The notes under the pieces are model-generated. The model had not been told where the DNA came from. It was given only the letters and a program-made list of their open reading frames with translations, and did not search any database. Below are positions 48,201 through 56,821 of a DNA stretch of 64,000 bases, one piece after another. Every line of letters starts with the position of its first letter. Position 1 is the first letter of the stretch. Position numbers and translations under genes: made by a program. Source of the DNA: Candidatus Cloacimonadales bacterium (GTDB lineage Bacteria > Cloacimonadota > Cloacimonadia > Cloacimonadales > JAIOQZ01); NCBI GenBank assembly GCA_963674825.1, contig OY771587.1, positions 1,728,001 to 1,792,000 on the forward strand, read 5' to 3'.

Positions 48201-51200
48201 ATTCGCGGCCCGGTGCTGCTTGCGGTGCAGGGTATGTCTACTTCGCCGCCTTCGGCATTGTGCTGGATCACAATGTTGCAATCGTAGTTCATGGCTTCTG
48301 TCGGAATGAAGATGACGTTGTAGAATTGAGAATCCCCGGGAGCTATGGTCTGCTCGACCGTGCTGCGACCCATCGGATGCTGATTTCTCGCTCTGCGACC
48401 GGCACTTTGCATGCCATCTCGCTCAACGGACGGGTAAACATAGAAGCACTCAGGTGCCTGAATATTTACCGACAGGTGCGCATTTCCATTGTTCTCGATG
48501 ATCATCCAGCGTAACTGGCTGTCTCCGAGCTGTACGTTGCCAAAATCGATTGAACTTGGGCTGACGGATATTTCGGGTGCGTCTCCTGTCCAGTGGATAC
48601 GATAATAAGGATCATTATCGTAAGTACTGCTGGTGAAGCTGCCTGATTCGTTGGTAAATGTTATGGATCCCATGTCGGTGTTCTTGGTGACGTTGTAAAG
48701 GCTTCCCCATGTGTTATCCGCGAACTGAGCGCCATCGCAGACGATGATCTGGTTATTGTCGATAGTAACCAGCGTTCCGCCGGGTTCACCTTCCTGGAAC
48801 CAGCAATGGTTGAACGAACAGGTTTCATCGATCAATGCGCCGTTATGGATATTGATTCCATCTGTGTCCATATGCTCGAAAATAGCATATTCCGCGCTGA
48901 TCTTACCGCCGCTGTTGATATCAAACGAGTAATATCCGCCATCAGAGGTTCCAATTGCCGGTCTCTCGCCTGAATCGTATCCATCAAAAACGATTTCACC
49001 ACCGTTCATTACATCGACGGAAGCACCGTCACGGAGTACGATCTCGGAGCTCTGATCGGCAAGCAGCCTGGCGTTATCCTGGATTTCAATGTTGCCCTCG
49101 GTCGAAAGCGTCAGATGATTCAACGAAAGGACTCCTTCGACAATGGAAAGCGTAGCGCTTCTGCTGATATCGAGATCGCTGCCAAGGATTACGGTTGGCC
49201 CATCCACACGATTACGACGCGAAATTGATTTATTGATGAGGATGTCGTTGAAATCACAGTTGCCGACAGCGCTCATCTCAAACGATGCGTCATCCGTTCC
49301 GGCGAAGGTGATGGAGCCGGTGTCGTCAAACCAGCAACAATCAGTATCCATGGTGAAATCACCGTAGAATACATGATCGAGTCCAGTTGAACCATAGTCC
49401 CATGATGAGGTATCGTACATGGCAAGATTTCCGTGTACGATCAGATTGTTGTTGGGGTAGAAATAACTTGAGCTATGCAGTTCGAGGTCGTCCAGTTGGA
49501 TATCATTCTGACTATCCATTATCTGGTCAAAATTGCCGACAAACGATAATCGACTGGGGCCATTTGCCCAGAATCCATGCATATCGTCAACCGTGGAGTT
49601 CAAGTCGGTAAGGTCACCTGCAAGTTCGAGTGTCGGAGCACCATACGAATCCACAATGTCCAGGCAGGATCCGTTTGAAATCGCGATGTCGTTCCCTACG
49701 CTCAACGTGGAATTGGACTTCATATCCAGTTTACCGGAGTAGAGCGAGAGGTCGGACTCGATCGTAACCGCGACATCGTTATCGATGGTGACCGAGATAT
49801 CATCTTCCAGGTCTTTATCGACGATCACATTGTGGAATGTCGCATCACCTCCGATCAGCGATGTTTCGCTACCCTGGAAGACCACTGTACCCGAACCCGG
49901 ATCGAAGCCCATTTCTCCTACGTTGTTGTTCCAGTGACTGGTTACCAGGATATCGTTCGACACCGGCTTGAGGCAACCGCCATTGATGGTTACACCTCCC
50001 GATAGATCGAGGTCAACGAGAATGGTGACATTTCCACTCGTTTTGTTGATCAGGAGATCGTATATCATATTGCCGTTCGCGCAGACAATGTTAACATCAC
50101 CTTCACCAATGAATTCGAGCGTACCACCGCTTGGTTGAAATACACTCGATTCCATAGCATAAAAACCTCGAGAGACTCTGATTGTGCCAGCCCGGATGTT
50201 CTCAACGGCTTGTGAGCTGAATTGCAGTTTCTGATCGGTCAATTCCAGAAGACCGTCTCCCATGCTGATTTCACCAGACCAGAGAATCCAGTTGCCAATA
50301 TACGGTGTATCCATCACAAAGCAGCCCGTGGAGATCGTAACGCTTCCGGTCGAAGCGGTTGTCAGCCCTCCGTGCAGCAGTAGCGATCCATCATTGACTG
50401 TCAGATCGCCATAGATTGAGAAGTCGCCGTCTATCTCGATGGATCCGCAATCAGTACTCATTGTGGAACCGGATGAGAGGATGACATCGCCGAGAAAGTG
50501 GGTTGTCTGGTCTTCCACTGCTTCATACATGATGAACTCAGCCGAGGAAGGCAGCGTGAAATCTCCGGCGATTTCGACGTTCGTATAGGCAAACTGCTTC
50601 AGATTTCCATTGGTGATGGTCAATGTTCCTTCGACGGTCAGATCGGTAAGATGTTCGATACGCATGTGGATGTTGGGAATAGGATCTTTGTCGATTTCAA
50701 CATCGTGAAATACCTCTTCTCCGATGATAGACCCCGTGTACATGCTATTGAAGGTAACCTTACCGCTCCCCTGAACGAATCCTGCAGGCCCCCGGTTTTC
50801 GTACCAGTTGTGCCCGACAAAAATCTCATCGTCGGCATTGGACGCATCCAGGACACCAGTATTGTCGATAGTCAGATTCTGTTTAACCGTCAGGGCGTTA
50901 TGATTGCAACTGAGTTTACCTCCAGTCACCTCTAAGAATCCCTTAACCAGGGTGTCGTTCGATAAATACACCGTGGCGGTGGCAATATCCTTCGAACAGG
51001 TCAGGTTCTGGAAGTAATTGGTCGGATCGAGGTTGATTGCGCATGAACGCGACCCGATCAATTCGAATGTGCCGAGTTCCATCTGGAATGTATTGGGATA
51101 GACGGCTCGAATTCCCCAGCCCAGCCTCACAGAAAGCTCATTCGACTCGAAAGTCGCACTGCTTCCGAACTGCATGCCGTTGTTGGTAATTTCGAAAACA

Positions 51201-54200
51201 CCGCCATAGTAGTTCGTAGTGCCATTAAACGTCTCGTACGTTCCAGTATAGGGTGTATCGATAATGAATGCTCCATCGTAAATCGTGAGATAACCATGCT
51301 CGTTTTCAAGGAAGCTTCCATGTACTGTCAGGTTGCCAAATACTTCCTGTAAGCCACTGGTGGTTAAATCCTGAGTGGTGACATCCGCATCTTCTTCGAC
51401 AACAAAAAATCCGCCATACTTCGTATCGATCTCACCCGCGACATCGATGGTTGCGTCTCGGGTGTAAAACGTGCTGTTATCGTTGACGATCAAATCTCCT
51501 GTGGCGTTCAGGTAGCTGGAGAAGGTCTCTCCCATTGTGCAGCTCGCGTTGTCTTTATGCATCACCACCGTGCCGATTTGCGCGGTTGGTTCATAGAGTC
51601 CGAGGATCGCATCTTCATCACCTTCGAACCACACTTCGCATTCGGAAGCGATCTGGGCCGATGTTCCGGCATTGAAATACCAGTTGCGTTCCACGTGAAA
51701 CGCTCCGTCGAGGATGGTACATCCGGAAGTGCTATACCATTGCACTGTTTTGCCGACGTTGAGGATGTCGTCTTCGTCGTCCATGTAGATGCCTGAAGTA
51801 ACAACGAGGTTATCGTCCAGATTGACGGTAGCATGGTTGAGCTCCAGGAGTCCGTCCTGAACGTAAAGATTACCCTGGATATTGGTGTCTTGATCCAGAA
51901 TGATGCGGTCGATGCGGTCATCGCGCAGGCCATTCTGGCGAGTAGTGGAGGCTTTATTGATGCGAAGATGATTGAACCAGCTGTTGTCGGTGGTGTGGCA
52001 ATACGCTGTACCAGAGCCGTAAAGTTCTACTTCGCCACCACTGAGCTGGAAGCCCTCACGCTCCACCTTGAAATCACCGCTGGTACGAATGACGCCACCG
52101 GTCATGTTTTCACCCAAATAGTGGGACGATGCGCTGATAAGGATGCCATTATCCTTGAAATCGAGCACTCCGCCTTCGATATAAACGGTTATCCCATTGG
52201 TGTAAGCCCATTCACTTGGGTAGTCGTAGCCACCGTATATGTTGAAGTTTCCATCGTAGAGCCAGATGCTGGCATCCAGATCGACGTACTCCGAGGGAGA
52301 GGTTCCCTGATGCAGGTCGATGATGCCGCCATTCAATATCCAGCTTCCTTCCACGCGAGTATCGGCAAGATCATTAGCGGTAAATGAACCGCCATACACA
52401 TCGATCGTCCCGGCGGTGTATAGGAAGCTATCGCAGGTAACGGAGCTACTCGGCCCGATCTTGATGGAGCCGCCTTCCGATTTGTGCAGATGCAATGTTC
52501 CAAAGCCATCTTCGTCGATATACTGATCATTTCCGCTGCCTATCAGTTTCACCGTTGAGCCAGTGCCGATAAAAGTACCAGCATTGTTTGCCCAACCGCC
52601 CTGAAGGTCTATTGTATGCCCGTTCGCATCAAGTGTACCGCCGTCGATGCTCAGATAGAAAATACTCGCATCGCTGCCCAGGGATAGGGTTGCATTATTG
52701 TGGATAATCAAGCCGCACAGGATGTCCGATGCTTGTACGTTCATGGTGCGAGTACCGGAGTTCACGCAATGAATCTCTCCCATATCGAAGCGAAAACCAC
52801 CGTGCGACACGATATTGCCATCGATCTCGATAGGATGTTCGTTCAGTACGCGGAACTGAGCGCCGTATGCAACCTCGAAATCGCCCTTAATCATCAGCTC
52901 TGCTTCAGAATCAGATGAGAAGACGACTTCTTCGTTCGAGGTTTTGTCGATATACAGATTCTTGAAATAGACGTATTCGGACTGGATGCTAAGTAAGACC
53001 GATTCAGATCCGACAAATTGAAAATCGCTATCGTTCAGGTTCGCAATACCGCCGTCATACACCGTATAACTGCCGGCAACGGATACCGTTGTGCTTGCGG
53101 TGTCGGTTAGGTGCCCGGTCTCGTAAACGCGCACATGGCCGTTGAAATTGGTTGTCGCGGCATTATCCGTGAGTGTCATGTTACCGTGAATATGTGCGGT
53201 GCCGTTGATCTCAATGGTTCCATTGGCCACGGTGAGTGTTGCGCCGTCTTCAATCGTAAGGCTCCTTGTTCTGGCAAGGATTCCTCCGCTTATTACGGGT
53301 GAATTGGGGGTTCCGGCCGGGATAACAACTTCATTCGTTTGATTCGGCACGATGCCGTTACCCCAGTTGGATGGATTGTTCCACGCCGTGCTGACCGTTC
53401 CTGTCCAATTACCGGGATATCCGAAGACAATCCTGTAGCTTGCCGAGGCATATCGATTCGACCACACGCAGAGGCCGTAATTATCCAGTTGAGAGATCGT
53501 CACAGTGATTTCCTCATCGCCGCCATTCCCGTTCGAGTTACCGACACTGATTGCCTCACCCATCGCCCGGTAATATCCTCCATTTTGAGATGAATAGAGC
53601 GCAAATCCCAGGTCGGCAGTGCCTGAAAAGATGTCGAGCTTGATGGTATATACTCCCGGCGACAGAGTAACATCCCACATTCTGGCTACCTGTCCAGAGC
53701 TCCATGACATTGTCGGACTTGTTCCAACGGTTAGAACATCGTCCTCACCTTCATATTCGACACGACTGGCGTCCGTACCGCTGGAACAGAATACTTCTGC
53801 GCCGAATTCGTTGTAAGGAAGGTGATTTCGGTCAATTGCGATGAGGTTAACAGGTGTAGCGTAATTGCTGGTTTTTAGCGGTGATTCGAAATCATCGCTG
53901 TCATAGAGGCGAACACCGCATTGGGGCAGATCTGTGCCTTTTCTCGCGGCAATGACAGCCCAGTAGCTTTCAGGTTGCGTGAAGGTAAAGAAATCGGAAT
54001 AGCGATCGGTCAGCTGTGATGTCCCACTGCCCAGGTCTGTGATACTTCCTCCGCTGTTGATGGTGAAATCACCCTGGCTTCCATCACTGGCGATCATGGT
54101 GCCTTCGCTGTTATATGCTTCAACGCGTATGCGGCACTCGGTGGAATTGATCCCGGATGGGATATGCCAGTTGTAAGCTCCATCATTGGGTGTATTAGCT

Positions 54201-55591
54201 GTGATAAGGTGCCAGTCGTCAGTTACATGGCCGGTACCTGCCTCTGTGTTATACCAGATTTTGGCATAGATTCCCGAAACTACCTGCGTGTTCCATTCGA
54301 TTTTGAACACATCACCCGCAGGCCAGATTTCTGGATTGGTGTTACAGTGCCAGCCTGTACCGCCATAGGGCTTTTCCAATGTCAAATAAACGCCATATGG
54401 GTCATGTGGATGTACCTGGCATACGCGTTCGAAGTCGCTGATAAAGCGATATTGGATAGTATCGTAATTCGGATCGTGAATAGCCACATCATAAGTCACC
54501 GGGTTGTAGCCCATTGCAACGATCGAATGCCCTGGGATGCTGACATGCGACGGATAGCCCTGGTTGACCTCGTTCGCGATCTCGTCGAACATGTCGCCAT
54601 AATCCCATAGGTATTCCCACCAGATGTAGTTATTATACACCCAGCAGTCGTATCCATTATCCTCGATTACCTCTTCGATACCGTCATCGATATTCCCCTG
54701 CGGAGTGTTACCATCATCGTCTGTTCCCATCGCGTCGGCAAACTCTGCGACCAGATTGGGAACATGCCAGTCGTAATGGCCCTGAATATCATCCCACATC
54801 GCCCAGTGATAATCTACCAGATTCGAGTAGTTATCGCGATTAACGCCGTTATAATCCCAATAAGCTCCCAGCATCGCCGCTGAACAGGGAGAACAACCGT
54901 AAACCCACTGATAAAATGGCATCATTTCGTAATTTGGGATGAACGTCCACGCGCGATTGAGTACTGTTCCTTCTCGATACTGCTCCCAGAGAGGTGCGTT
55001 ATCGAATCGACTTGGATTTTCTACCAGTTCAGCAGTTTCTTGCAGAAACTCCTCGTGTGTGAGGACTTTCGGTGGTGGATATGCTTTGACATAATACTCC
55101 TGCTGACCGTCTGATATAACCCACCAACGACTACCATAATTGATATAGATCATCTTCACGATCGTGAATTTGCCACCGATTTTGTCTGCCGCGATGCGCT
55201 CCATCTGGCTACGGTACGCGTAATCGTACGATAGCCCTTCCGAGTAACCCCAGATAACCGGCTTGTCGGTTCGCGCGCCGATTTCCATCTGCCGGAAACG
55301 CTCTTTGTTCCAGTCACTTCCCCAGAGTCCGAGCTGTTCCCGACTGCACAATTGTAGTAATTCGTCACGATCTGGAAATGGCTGATTGACACTGAAATTG
55401 AATTGCCACATGATCAGGTTGTCGTCCCGGTCGTAGCATGGAATGGGATCGTCCATTTCGACGTCTCCCCAAAGTTGTTTCGCGTTTCGCAAGGCAATCT
55501 GTGTCGCTTCCCCCTGACTGATCAATTCAACTTCGGCACAATAGATCCATGCGACTGAGAATAAAAGGAATAAGGATAACATCACTCTCAT
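45224..55591 (-). CDS. Giant (~3,455 aa) secreted multidomain protein: prodomain, C39-like cysteine peptidase, Ig/PPC modules, long beta-solenoid, ASH/Ig, cleaved-adhesin-like and FN3-like repeats
   Basis: RBS GGAGG before ATG 55591; signal peptide; 'YGCSPCSAAML.AYW' (Cys), 'GHSIVAMGY' (His), 'IHDPN' (Asp); 'ESFEG.FPP.GW...L.TP...L.FW...IDDV' adhesin-like domain; repeated 'SA..GG.I..D...G.CW...PT' FN3-like units. Confidence 0.85.
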   Translation of the reverse strand: MRVMLSLFLLFSVAWIYCAEVELISQGEATQIALRNAKQLWGDVEMDDPIPCYDRDDNLIMWQFNFSVNQPFPDRDELLQLCSREQLGLWGSDWNKERFRQMEIGARTDKPVIWGYSEGLSYDYAYRSQMERIAADKIGGKFTIVKMIYINYGSRWWVISDGQQEYYVKAYPPPKVLTHEEFLQETAELVENPSRFDNAPLWEQYREGTVLNRAWTFIPNYEMMPFYQWVYGCSPCSAAMLGAYWDYNGVNRDNYSNLVDYHWAMWDDIQGHYDWHVPNLVAEFADAMGTDDDGNTPQGNIDDGIEEVIEDNGYDCWVYNNYIWWEYLWDYGDMFDEIANEVNQGYPSHVSIPGHSIVAMGYNPVTYDVAIHDPNYDTIQYRFISDFERVCQVHPHDPYGVYLTLEKPYGGTGWHCNTNPEIWPAGDVFKIEWNTQVVSGIYAKIWYNTEAGTGHVTDDWHLITANTPNDGAYNWHIPSGINSTECRIRVEAYNSEGTMIASDGSQGDFTINSGGSITDLGSGTSQLTDRYSDFFTFTQPESYWAVIAARKGTDLPQCGVRLYDSDDFESPLKTSNYATPVNLIAIDRNHLPYNEFGAEVFCSSGTDASRVEYEGEDDVLTVGTSPTMSWSSGQVARMWDVTLSPGVYTIKLDIFSGTADLGFALYSSQNGGYYRAMGEAISVGNSNGNGGDEEITVTISQLDNYGLCVWSNRYASASYRIVFGYPGNWTGTVSTAWNNPSNWGNGIVPNQTNEVVIPAGTPNSPVISGGILARTRSLTIEDGATLTVANGTIEINGTAHIHGNMTLTDNAATTNFNGHVRVYETGHLTDTASTTVSVAGSYTVYDGGIANLNDSDFQFVGSESVLLSIQSEYVYFKNLYIDKTSNEEVVFSSDSEAELMIKGDFEVAYGAQFRVLNEHPIEIDGNIVSHGGFRFDMGEIHCVNSGTRTMNVQASDILCGLIIHNNATLSLGSDASIFYLSIDGGTLDANGHTIDLQGGWANNAGTFIGTGSTVKLIGSGNDQYIDEDGFGTLHLHKSEGGSIKIGPSSSVTCDSFLYTAGTIDVYGGSFTANDLADTRVEGSWILNGGIIDLHQGTSPSEYVDLDASIWLYDGNFNIYGGYDYPSEWAYTNGITVYIEGGVLDFKDNGILISASSHYLGENMTGGVIRTSGDFKVEREGFQLSGGEVELYGSGTAYCHTTDNSWFNHLRINKASTTRQNGLRDDRIDRIILDQDTNIQGNLYVQDGLLELNHATVNLDDNLVVTSGIYMDDEDDILNVGKTVQWYSTSGCTILDGAFHVERNWYFNAGTSAQIASECEVWFEGDEDAILGLYEPTAQIGTVVMHKDNASCTMGETFSSYLNATGDLIVNDNSTFYTRDATIDVAGEIDTKYGGFFVVEEDADVTTQDLTTSGLQEVFGNLTVHGSFLENEHGYLTIYDGAFIIDTPYTGTYETFNGTTNYYGGVFEITNNGMQFGSSATFESNELSVRLGWGIRAVYPNTFQMELGTFELIGSRSCAINLDPTNYFQNLTCSKDIATATVYLSNDTLVKGFLEVTGGKLSCNHNALTVKQNLTIDNTGVLDASNADDEIFVGHNWYENRGPAGFVQGSGKVTFNSMYTGSIIGEEVFHDVEIDKDPIPNIHMRIEHLTDLTVEGTLTITNGNLKQFAYTNVEIAGDFTLPSSAEFIMYEAVEDQTTHFLGDVILSSGSTMSTDCGSIEIDGDFSIYGDLTVNDGSLLLHGGLTTASTGSVTISTGCFVMDTPYIGNWILWSGEISMGDGLLELTDQKLQFSSQAVENIRAGTIRVSRGFYAMESSVFQPSGGTLEFIGEGDVNIVCANGNMIYDLLINKTSGNVTILVDLDLSGGVTINGGCLKPVSNDILVTSHWNNNVGEMGFDPGSGTVVFQGSETSLIGGDATFHNVIVDKDLEDDISVTIDNDVAVTIESDLSLYSGKLDMKSNSTLSVGNDIAISNGSCLDIVDSYGAPTLELAGDLTDLNSTVDDMHGFWANGPSRLSFVGNFDQIMDSQNDIQLDDLELHSSSYFYPNNNLIVHGNLAMYDTSSWDYGSTGLDHVFYGDFTMDTDCCWFDDTGSITFAGTDDASFEMSAVGNCDFNDILINKSISRRNRVDGPTVILGSDLDISRSATLSIVEGVLSLNHLTLSTEGNIEIQDNARLLADQSSEIVLRDGASVDVMNGGEIVFDGYDSGERPAIGTSDGGYYSFDINSGGKISAEYAIFEHMDTDGINIHNGALIDETCSFNHCWFQEGEPGGTLVTIDNNQIIVCDGAQFADNTWGSLYNVTKNTDMGSITFTNESGSFTSSTYDNDPYYRIHWTGDAPEISVSPSSIDFGNVQLGDSQLRWMIIENNGNAHLSVNIQAPECFYVYPSVERDGMQSAGRRARNQHPMGRSTVEQTIAPGDSQFYNVIFIPTEAMNYDCNIVIQHNAEGGEVDIPCTASSTGPRIVTDPESIQVELLPGGSDSRSITISNTGNQTLNYTATVEMWGRQRDNLIDESFEGDFPPEGWSTEELDTADGTTWDQDWTVSHTGSRCARAVYWDINDARLITPQFLLSSDSELSFWIRSYDPPLYGGDFGVEISVDGGAWSFIDSFSQNDLTQSWQQLTYPLMAYEGHNVQFAFRVYNNLWANGVMIDDVLLTGTPVTIQWLILDGGTEVTGSIAAGGAPDVYTIGFDSSTLIAGYYMGGIQIDCNDGIEPLRSVMCDMIIGSPILSISDSWLGFGQIEVGETETQQFTIENQGDITLTGTMTTPTHYSVSEAGNSRQLTSRLQRDRNQISFSISPWNTGTFEVAFQPTEPGDFNEEPLVISHNAGSDESIDLYGWAIDDPQITSDSVIDLHAGYATGVGTIVSNGNQDVIRAGFCWNRVGNPTIDDSYATVSDSIGTFQVQMNALFGGWNYYCRAFVEVPSSMFYGDELTFTTMVPQMTLDNIPLSNFGETAIGEESIEQSFVVSGEYLMGDIILDAPPGFNISLTSEESRRTRVDGLSTSSPHREFTDYLSLTPIDEQVPETIIYVRFEPTELVTYEDNIVCCGINLDNQYVEVSGTGVDYPLVDTAEVNGITSTSAISGGIILQDNNSTVTAAGVCWSTSSMPTIMNDHTSENISLGSFVSELTNLNPDDTYYVRAYATNGAGTSYGTQVTFDTAPGPSFTISVTSLPDYGNIVVGEQSSSQTLTVSGTNLADPIHVSMPYGFVVSTSDTRSRDRSFSEELDLEPVNGIVAETTLYVRFAPGRGGDFDDDAILSTAQIDSQFVNLTGNGIAVPDVATSSVSAILPTSAMGGGEIVFDGWCNIIDCGICWSESPAPTLADNYTNEGAQTGSYASQMNGLTPGTTYFVRAWAQNEAGIAYGVAVQFTTDILGLDPPQNIALTLEGSDVVLSWDAITGANSYNVYRSETPDAGWILVDSTNQLTWTDSGAAMTGTFFYRVTADTAEITITR
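51687..51702. promoter_or_regulatory. parS-like site CGTTCCACGTGAAACG
   Basis: 14/16 match with symmetric terminal C/G substitutions. Confidence 0.65.
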
Positions 55592-55891
55592 GGTTCCTCC
55601 TGGTAATGGTAACAGAGACTTATGACTACGTCCGCCTGGCGGCACAGTAATCACATTAAAACGTTATGAAGATGATCAACGCGTCGTATAATACAGATTC
55701 GGTACGAGTTTGATTACAATTGCTGTATTGAGATATCCCGGCGCTGCAAACATAATCGCCTCCGGACGATGATGAATACGATTCAATAGTGCGCGCGGAT
55801 TGATGTCTATCTTTTTTTTGCAGAGATGAATACCAATATTTCTTCGGAAGCCCGAACACTGATTATGAGGGGATTCTGGCAGTATGTCCCG

Positions 55892-56698
55892 CTATTTCTT
55901 CTCACCTACAATTATATAGCTCATCGGAAGGATTCCATTATTAGCCCGGTCGGCCATCAAGTCGGAGATATCTTGTGGGTATTCGTTGAATTCGAGGATG
56001 TTGATGCCGCTTCTGATGATCGCGTTGATGATCGTGGAAAGAGTATGTGAAAATTCAAAGTTCTTCTCCGATTGATAAGTGACGCCCCCCACGTAATCGA
56101 TACCGGTGTCATATTCCCATGCACCATCGTGAAAATAAGGTCGAACCGGCTCCATCGGGTGCCCGGGTATGTATTCGGGTTCGTCTTCGAAAGCGAGTGT
56201 ACAGCCGATGGGGTGCGATTCGTAAACAATGAGCTTGCCTCCAGGCTTGAGCAATCCGGAAACAATCTCGAACAGGCGCTTCATGTCCGGAAGCCAGCAA
56301 AGCGCACCGATAGAGATGTATAGCATGTCAGCCGGTTGCCACTGGTTAGGATCGATGTCGTATGCGTCGCTCTGTACAAATTCGGCGTTGGCACCAGCGG
56401 CGATCGCATAGGTTCGTGCCTCTTCGATAAAAGCGTCCGCGATATCGAAGCCCAAACCCGATGTTGCGCCCATATTGATCATTGAGAGAACTTCACGGCC
56501 ATTGTTGCACATCAACTGGATCACGCGCTTACCTTCAAGCCCGATTTCTTTTAGCCTGGCTGTTATCAGCGAATCAAGTGTGGAATAGCTTGGCTGCTCG
56601 AATTCCTTTGCCAAATCGATTGTTCGTCCACGGGTGTGATAGGGTTGTACCTCATTCCAGGCTTTTCGGTTTGATTGCGTAAATTTGCGTATATCCAC
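55892..56698 (-). CDS. Class I SAM-dependent methyltransferase
   Basis: 'N..AWNE', 'L.GKRV.QL.CN.GRE..S....GA....GFD', 'GALCWLPD', 'LKPGG.L...E.HP'. GTG start follows GGAGGT. Confidence 0.88.
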   Translation of the reverse strand: MDIRKFTQSNRKAWNEVQPYHTRGRTIDLAKEFEQPSYSTLDSLITARLKEIGLEGKRVIQLMCNNGREVLSMINMGATSGLGFDIADAFIEEARTYAIAAGANAEFVQSDAYDIDPNQWQPADMLYISIGALCWLPDMKRLFEIVSGLLKPGGKLIVYESHPIGCTLAFEDEPEYIPGHPMEPVRPYFHDGAWEYDTGIDYVGGVTYQSEKNFEFSHTLSTIINAIIRSGINILEFNEYPQDISDLMADRANNGILPMSYIIVGEKK

Positions 56699-56821
56699 AG
56701 ACACCTCCATCAGGATACCATGGAAGCAGAATGCTATCGGCTCAGTCAAGATTTTCATGATGAAAGTGTGTAATATTCTTAATAGTATATGGTTATGCTG
56801 ATGGATAATACAGGGGGTAGC

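Noticed and set aside
45224..55591. Giant protein as an autotransporter, RTX or RHS toxin, or intein-containing protein
   Set aside because: No C-terminal beta-barrel with terminal Phe, no GGxGxD nonapeptides, no YD repeats, no intein splice motifs seen.
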